Source of the DNA: a virus
Lineage: Duplodnaviria; Caudoviricetes
Virus record (IMG/VR): IMGVR_UViG_3300005764_000001
Coordinates: 1 to 58,949 of that record
DNA: 58,949 nt
Direction: 5' to 3' (one strand)
The notes beneath the pieces were generated by a model that ran no database searches, was not told the origin of the DNA, and saw only the letters and a program-made list of their open reading frames with translations. Numbering within the stretch: the stretch's first letter is position 1; every line of letters begins with the position of its first letter. Positions 56,078-58,949 of the stretch are shown one piece after another. A program made the position numbers and the translations under genes.

Positions 56078-57820
56078 CTACGGTGCGCAGGCGAACTGAA
56101 CCGGGGCCGAGGTGGCGCCGGAGGGGCAGATGTCGAGCGTGTAGATGTAGGTCGGGAAGCAGCGGTGCAGCAGGATCTGGCACTGCTCGGTGAACATCGA
56201 CGTGTACTCGTTCTGCTCCAGGCTGGTCGAGTCGTATACGGCGTCCAGGCTGATGATGTTGCGCGAGCCCAGCGACCAGGTCCCCGGCGCGTAGATGACG
56301 AACTTGAGGCTGTCGGGCCACACCGTCGCCGGGGTCGTCCCGCCCAGCCCGCCGGCCGTGCCGGCGAACGCGTCCTGCCAGCCGCGCAGCCACTGCACGC
56401 GCACGTTCAGGTCGCCGAACCGGCTGGTCAGCTGCGCCTGGGTGACCCCCGACGGGGTGCAGCAGCCGGTGCGGCGCATCTGGTCGATCGACGCCATCTC
56501 CGGCAGCCACGCGGGCAGCAGCACTTCCAGCTCCTGGGTGGCGCTGGCCTGGGCGCGGGCCCGGTAGTCGGCCGCCGCCAGCGCGACCGCGGAGTACACC
56601 CCGGACGTGACGGTGGTGTCCAGGTCCAGGTCCGAGCCGGGGGCCAGGTTGACCGGCGTGGCCGCGGCGGCGATCTTCGCGATGATGTCGCGGTTGAGGA
56701 CCAGCTGGTGCAGCGCCAGGGCGTCGGTCATCACCCGCTGGACCAGCTCGGGCCACGCGGTGTCGTTGATCAGGTCGCCGCGTACGCAGATGCCGTTGCA
56801 CTCCTGGGTGAAGTCGGTGAACGTCGGGCACGGCATGGTGAAGCAGTTCTTCGGCGTGCCGGCGATCGAGTCCGCCTCGGTCCAGGTGAAGCCGATGTTG
56901 TCGGCGACCGGGATCAAGTTGAACGCGTCCGGGTACTGCACGGCGTTGCGCCGGTAGGTGAACCGGGGCCCGTCCCACAGCCCGCCGGTGCCGTTGATCA
57001 GGCTGCCGCACAGGTCCCAGAACTGCTCCGGCGGCGGGCACCAGGCGCCCGCCGCGACCAGCGACCCGCCGACCCGGTTGAGGCTGGTGGCGGCGTCGAT
57101 GACCTCGGCGTCGTTGCGCCCGTCGGCGATCGGCAGGTTCTGCGGGTCGGGCAGGGTGATGCGGGCGACGCCCTGCTTGAGGTGCAGCTGGGCGAACCCG
57201 GACGTGCCGCGCAGGCGCTGCTGGCGCGGGAAGCCGTTCCACCGCTTGGCCAGGACGTCGGCCAGCTCCGGCAGCCCGCGCAGGGTCTGGCCGTTGGCGT
57301 AGTCGGGCACGTCGGCGGCGGCGGTCACCACGGCCGGGCGTCCGCCGACCGACAGGATCGTGTCGCGGTTGGCGGTCGGCGCGGGCACCGGCGGGCGGGG
57401 CGCGGCGGCGGCGGCCCGGGTGAGCGCGGCCCCGGCGGCCATCACCGGACGGCGCGCGGCCTCGGTGGGTGCGGCGGCGGCCGGTTCGGCGACGGGGTCG
57501 GCCGGGGCCGGCTCGTCGGTGGCGGGCTCGTCGGCGCCCTCCTCGGCGCCGGGCTCGCCGTCGGGGGCGGCCTGGGCGTGCACCTCGGCGTCCATCGCGG
57601 CCAGCTCCGCGGCGTCGGCGGCCGACTGGGCGTCGATGGCGGCGGTCCGCTCGCGGGCGGTGCGGATGAACGTGGCCAGGGCGCGCAGCTGCGTCAGGCC
57701 CTCGGCGTTGAGGTTTTCGTCGTCGCGCAGGGCGTCGAACGCCTCGACCGCGCTGGCTTCGGCGGCGACCAGCTGCTCGCGGGTGTAGCCGTCGATCGAC
57801 TCGGGGATCACAAAGGACAC
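56078..57820 (-). CDS. Major capsid (hexamer) protein with N-terminal scaffold
   Basis: AGGAG RBS then GTG at 57820; coiled-coil and Ala/Pro N-region, LVAAGAWC.P.E...DL, YDST.L..N.Y...FTEQ. Confidence 0.88.
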   Translation of the reverse strand: MSFVIPESIDGYTREQLVAAEASAVEAFDALRDDENLNAEGLTQLRALATFIRTARERTAAIDAQSAADAAELAAMDAEVHAQAAPDGEPGAEEGADEPATDEPAPADPVAEPAAAAPTEAARRPVMAAGAALTRAAAAAPRPPVPAPTANRDTILSVGGRPAVVTAAADVPDYANGQTLRGLPELADVLAKRWNGFPRQQRLRGTSGFAQLHLKQGVARITLPDPQNLPIADGRNDAEVIDAATSLNRVGGSLVAAGAWCPPPEQFWDLCGSLINGTGGLWDGPRFTYRRNAVQYPDAFNLIPVADNIGFTWTEADSIAGTPKNCFTMPCPTFTDFTQECNGICVRGDLINDTAWPELVQRVMTDALALHQLVLNRDIIAKIAAAATPVNLAPGSDLDLDTTVTSGVYSAVALAAADYRARAQASATQELEVLLPAWLPEMASIDQMRRTGCCTPSGVTQAQLTSRFGDLNVRVQWLRGWQDAFAGTAGGLGGTTPATVWPDSLKFVIYAPGTWSLGSRNIISLDAVYDSTSLEQNEYTSMFTEQCQILLHRCFPTYIYTLDICPSGATSAPVQFACAP

Positions 57821-57853
57821 CGTGGGCTCCTGTGCGGGAGATCGGGCCCCGAT

Positions 57854-57892
57854 CGGCCCGCAGCCAGCATCGGTGTATCGCCGACCAGCGTA
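57854..57892 (-). promoter_or_regulatory. Capsid promoter: -10 TACGCT plus downstream GCTGGCTGCGGGCCG box
   Basis: Box starts 18 nt after the -10 on the minus strand. Confidence 0.7.
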
Positions 57893-57896
57893 GACC

Positions 57897-57937
57897 ACAA
57901 TGGGAGGACGCAGTGAGTCACCGCGTCTACCCATAGT
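57897..57937. promoter_or_regulatory. 41-bp inverted-repeat site D between the divergent capsid and tail promoters
   Basis: ACAATGGGAGGACGCA-GTGAGTCAC-CGCGTCTACCCATAGT. Confidence 0.72.
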
Positions 57938-57944
57938 CGTGCGT

Positions 57945-58018
57945 TAGTCTGAGCGCGACCGATCGCCGCTGGCTGTGGGCCGGGCGTTCGCAGATCTGCC
58001 GCTGGTTGCGGGCCGGGC
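57945..58018 (+). promoter_or_regulatory. Major tail promoter: -10 TAGTCT plus two GCTGGYTGYGGGCCG boxes
   Basis: Boxes at 57964-57985 and 57997-58018. Confidence 0.72.
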
Positions 58019-58050
58019 ATAGGCCATCCCTATGCGTGGAGGTCTCCCCC

Positions 58051-58949
58051 ATGGCATCGACCTGCTGGGCCCCGGTACGCGGCAAGGTCGTCCGCTTGAC
58101 CAAGGTGGACGGCTGCGGCAACCCGGTGATGTGCCCGGACGGCACCACCCCGATTTTCGGCGTCTCCGACGGCGTCGTGTCGGTTCAGATCGAACCGGAA
58201 GTCGATGAGGGTGAGGACATCACTGCCACGAATTTTAATGGCGATTCGTGCGTGGATATCCCGGCGTGTCCGCATATCCGGTGGCTGAACCTGACCATCG
58301 ACTTCTGCCGCATCGACCCGGAGCTGTTCGCGCTGGCGACCTCCGTGCCCGTGGTGCGCAACCCCGACGGCACCGCGTCGGGCTTCCGGGTGGGGCAGAA
58401 CATCTCCTGCGACGAGGGCTTCGCGCTGGAGATCTGGACCGGCTCGGGCGGCGGCAACCGGTGCTCGGGCACCAGCACCGCGACCCAGTACGGCTATCTG
58501 CTGATCCCCTGGGTGCAGGCCGGCATCCTGGGCAGCTACACCATCGAGAACGGCGCGGTGACGTTCGAGATCACCGCCAAGGGCGTCGCGGGCGGCAACT
58601 GGGGCGTCGGCCCGTACGACGTGTACCAGGACGCCACCGGCGCGGTGAAGTCCAAGCTCGTCGACCCGATCGGGCCGACCGACCTCCAGCACATCGACGT
58701 CACCACGATGCCGCCGCCGTCGCCGACCTGCGGCCTGAACTGCGCCGTGACCCAGCCCAACCCGACGGTCACCGTGGTGTCCTCGCCGACCGACGCGACC
58801 GGCATGACCGCCCGGGTGACCTACGACAACGCGCCCAACGGCGCGGTGACGGTCGACTGGGGCGACGGCACGCCGCTGGCCACGTTCACCGCCGAGCAGG
58901 GCATCGTGTCGCACCAGTACCTCACCGCCGGCACGAAGAACATCAAGGT
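58051..58949 (+). CDS. Major tail protein with C-terminal PKD domain (continues to base 124)
   Basis: GGAGG RBS; MASTCWAPVRGKVVRLTKVDGCG.P...FC..DP...FALEIW...YGYLLIPWV...VDWGDG; missing from the ORF track because it lacks a stop in the linear window. Confidence 0.88.
   Translation, partial: MASTCWAPVRGKVVRLTKVDGCGNPVMCPDGTTPIFGVSDGVVSVQIEPEVDEGEDITATNFNGDSCVDIPACPHIRWLNLTIDFCRIDPELFALATSVPVVRNPDGTASGFRVGQNISCDEGFALEIWTGSGGGNRCSGTSTATQYGYLLIPWVQAGILGSYTIENGAVTFEITAKGVAGGNWGVGPYDVYQDATGAVKSKLVDPIGPTDLQHIDVTTMPPPSPTCGLNCAVTQPNPTVTVVSSPTDATGMTARVTYDNAPNGAVTVDWGDGTPLATFTAEQGIVSHQYLTAGTKNIK

Noticed and set aside
57821-57934. ORF-track N-terminal extension of the major capsid protein
   Set aside because: It runs through the promoter and site D; an AGGAG RBS supports GTG at 57820
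58890-58949. Terminal repeat as a biological direct terminal repeat
   Set aside because: It falls mid-gene and is 60 bp, which fits an assembler circular overlap
1-58949. tRNA, rRNA, DNA polymerase, helicase, methyltransferase or tyrosine recombinase genes
   Set aside because: No recognisable motifs by eye; a tRNAscan and HMM search would be needed to exclude them formally

Overview
The window is a complete, circularly assembled temperate siphophage genome of a high-GC actinobacterium. Bases 58890-58949 repeat bases 1-60 exactly, giving a unit length of about 58,889 bp, and the major tail gene runs across the join. The virion genes are Cys-rich and resemble, from recalled motifs, the two-capsid-protein (hexamer + pentamer) mycobacteriophage cluster B type. 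The layout is scrambled. The head genes run leftwards (capsid, pentamer, PKD protein, DUF1360, portal, protease) and the tail genes run rightwards from one divergent promoter. TerL follows the tail fibres and TerS lies about 11 kb away. Other content: a large serine integrase with a candidate attP, a second integrase-like protein lacking the catalytic domain, ERF, an iteron-containing replication initiator, an endolysin-like gene, an RHH/PIN toxin-antitoxin pair, XRE and GntR regulators, and a 9-kb early island of small genes. Three families of dispersed cis-elements were read directly from the sequence. (1) Six 41-bp imperfect inverted repeats with fixed geometry, at the integrase, ERF, tape measure, portal, capsid/tail and protease loci. 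(2) A GCTGGYTGYGGGCCG box 17-18 nt downstream of late -10 elements. (3) Five sigma-A-type early promoters with TAGCG at a fixed spacer position. The main hypothesis, which is inference and untested, is that the catalytically dead integrase paralog has become a regulator that binds the att-sized 41-bp repeats. All protein family calls come from motif recognition, not database searches.
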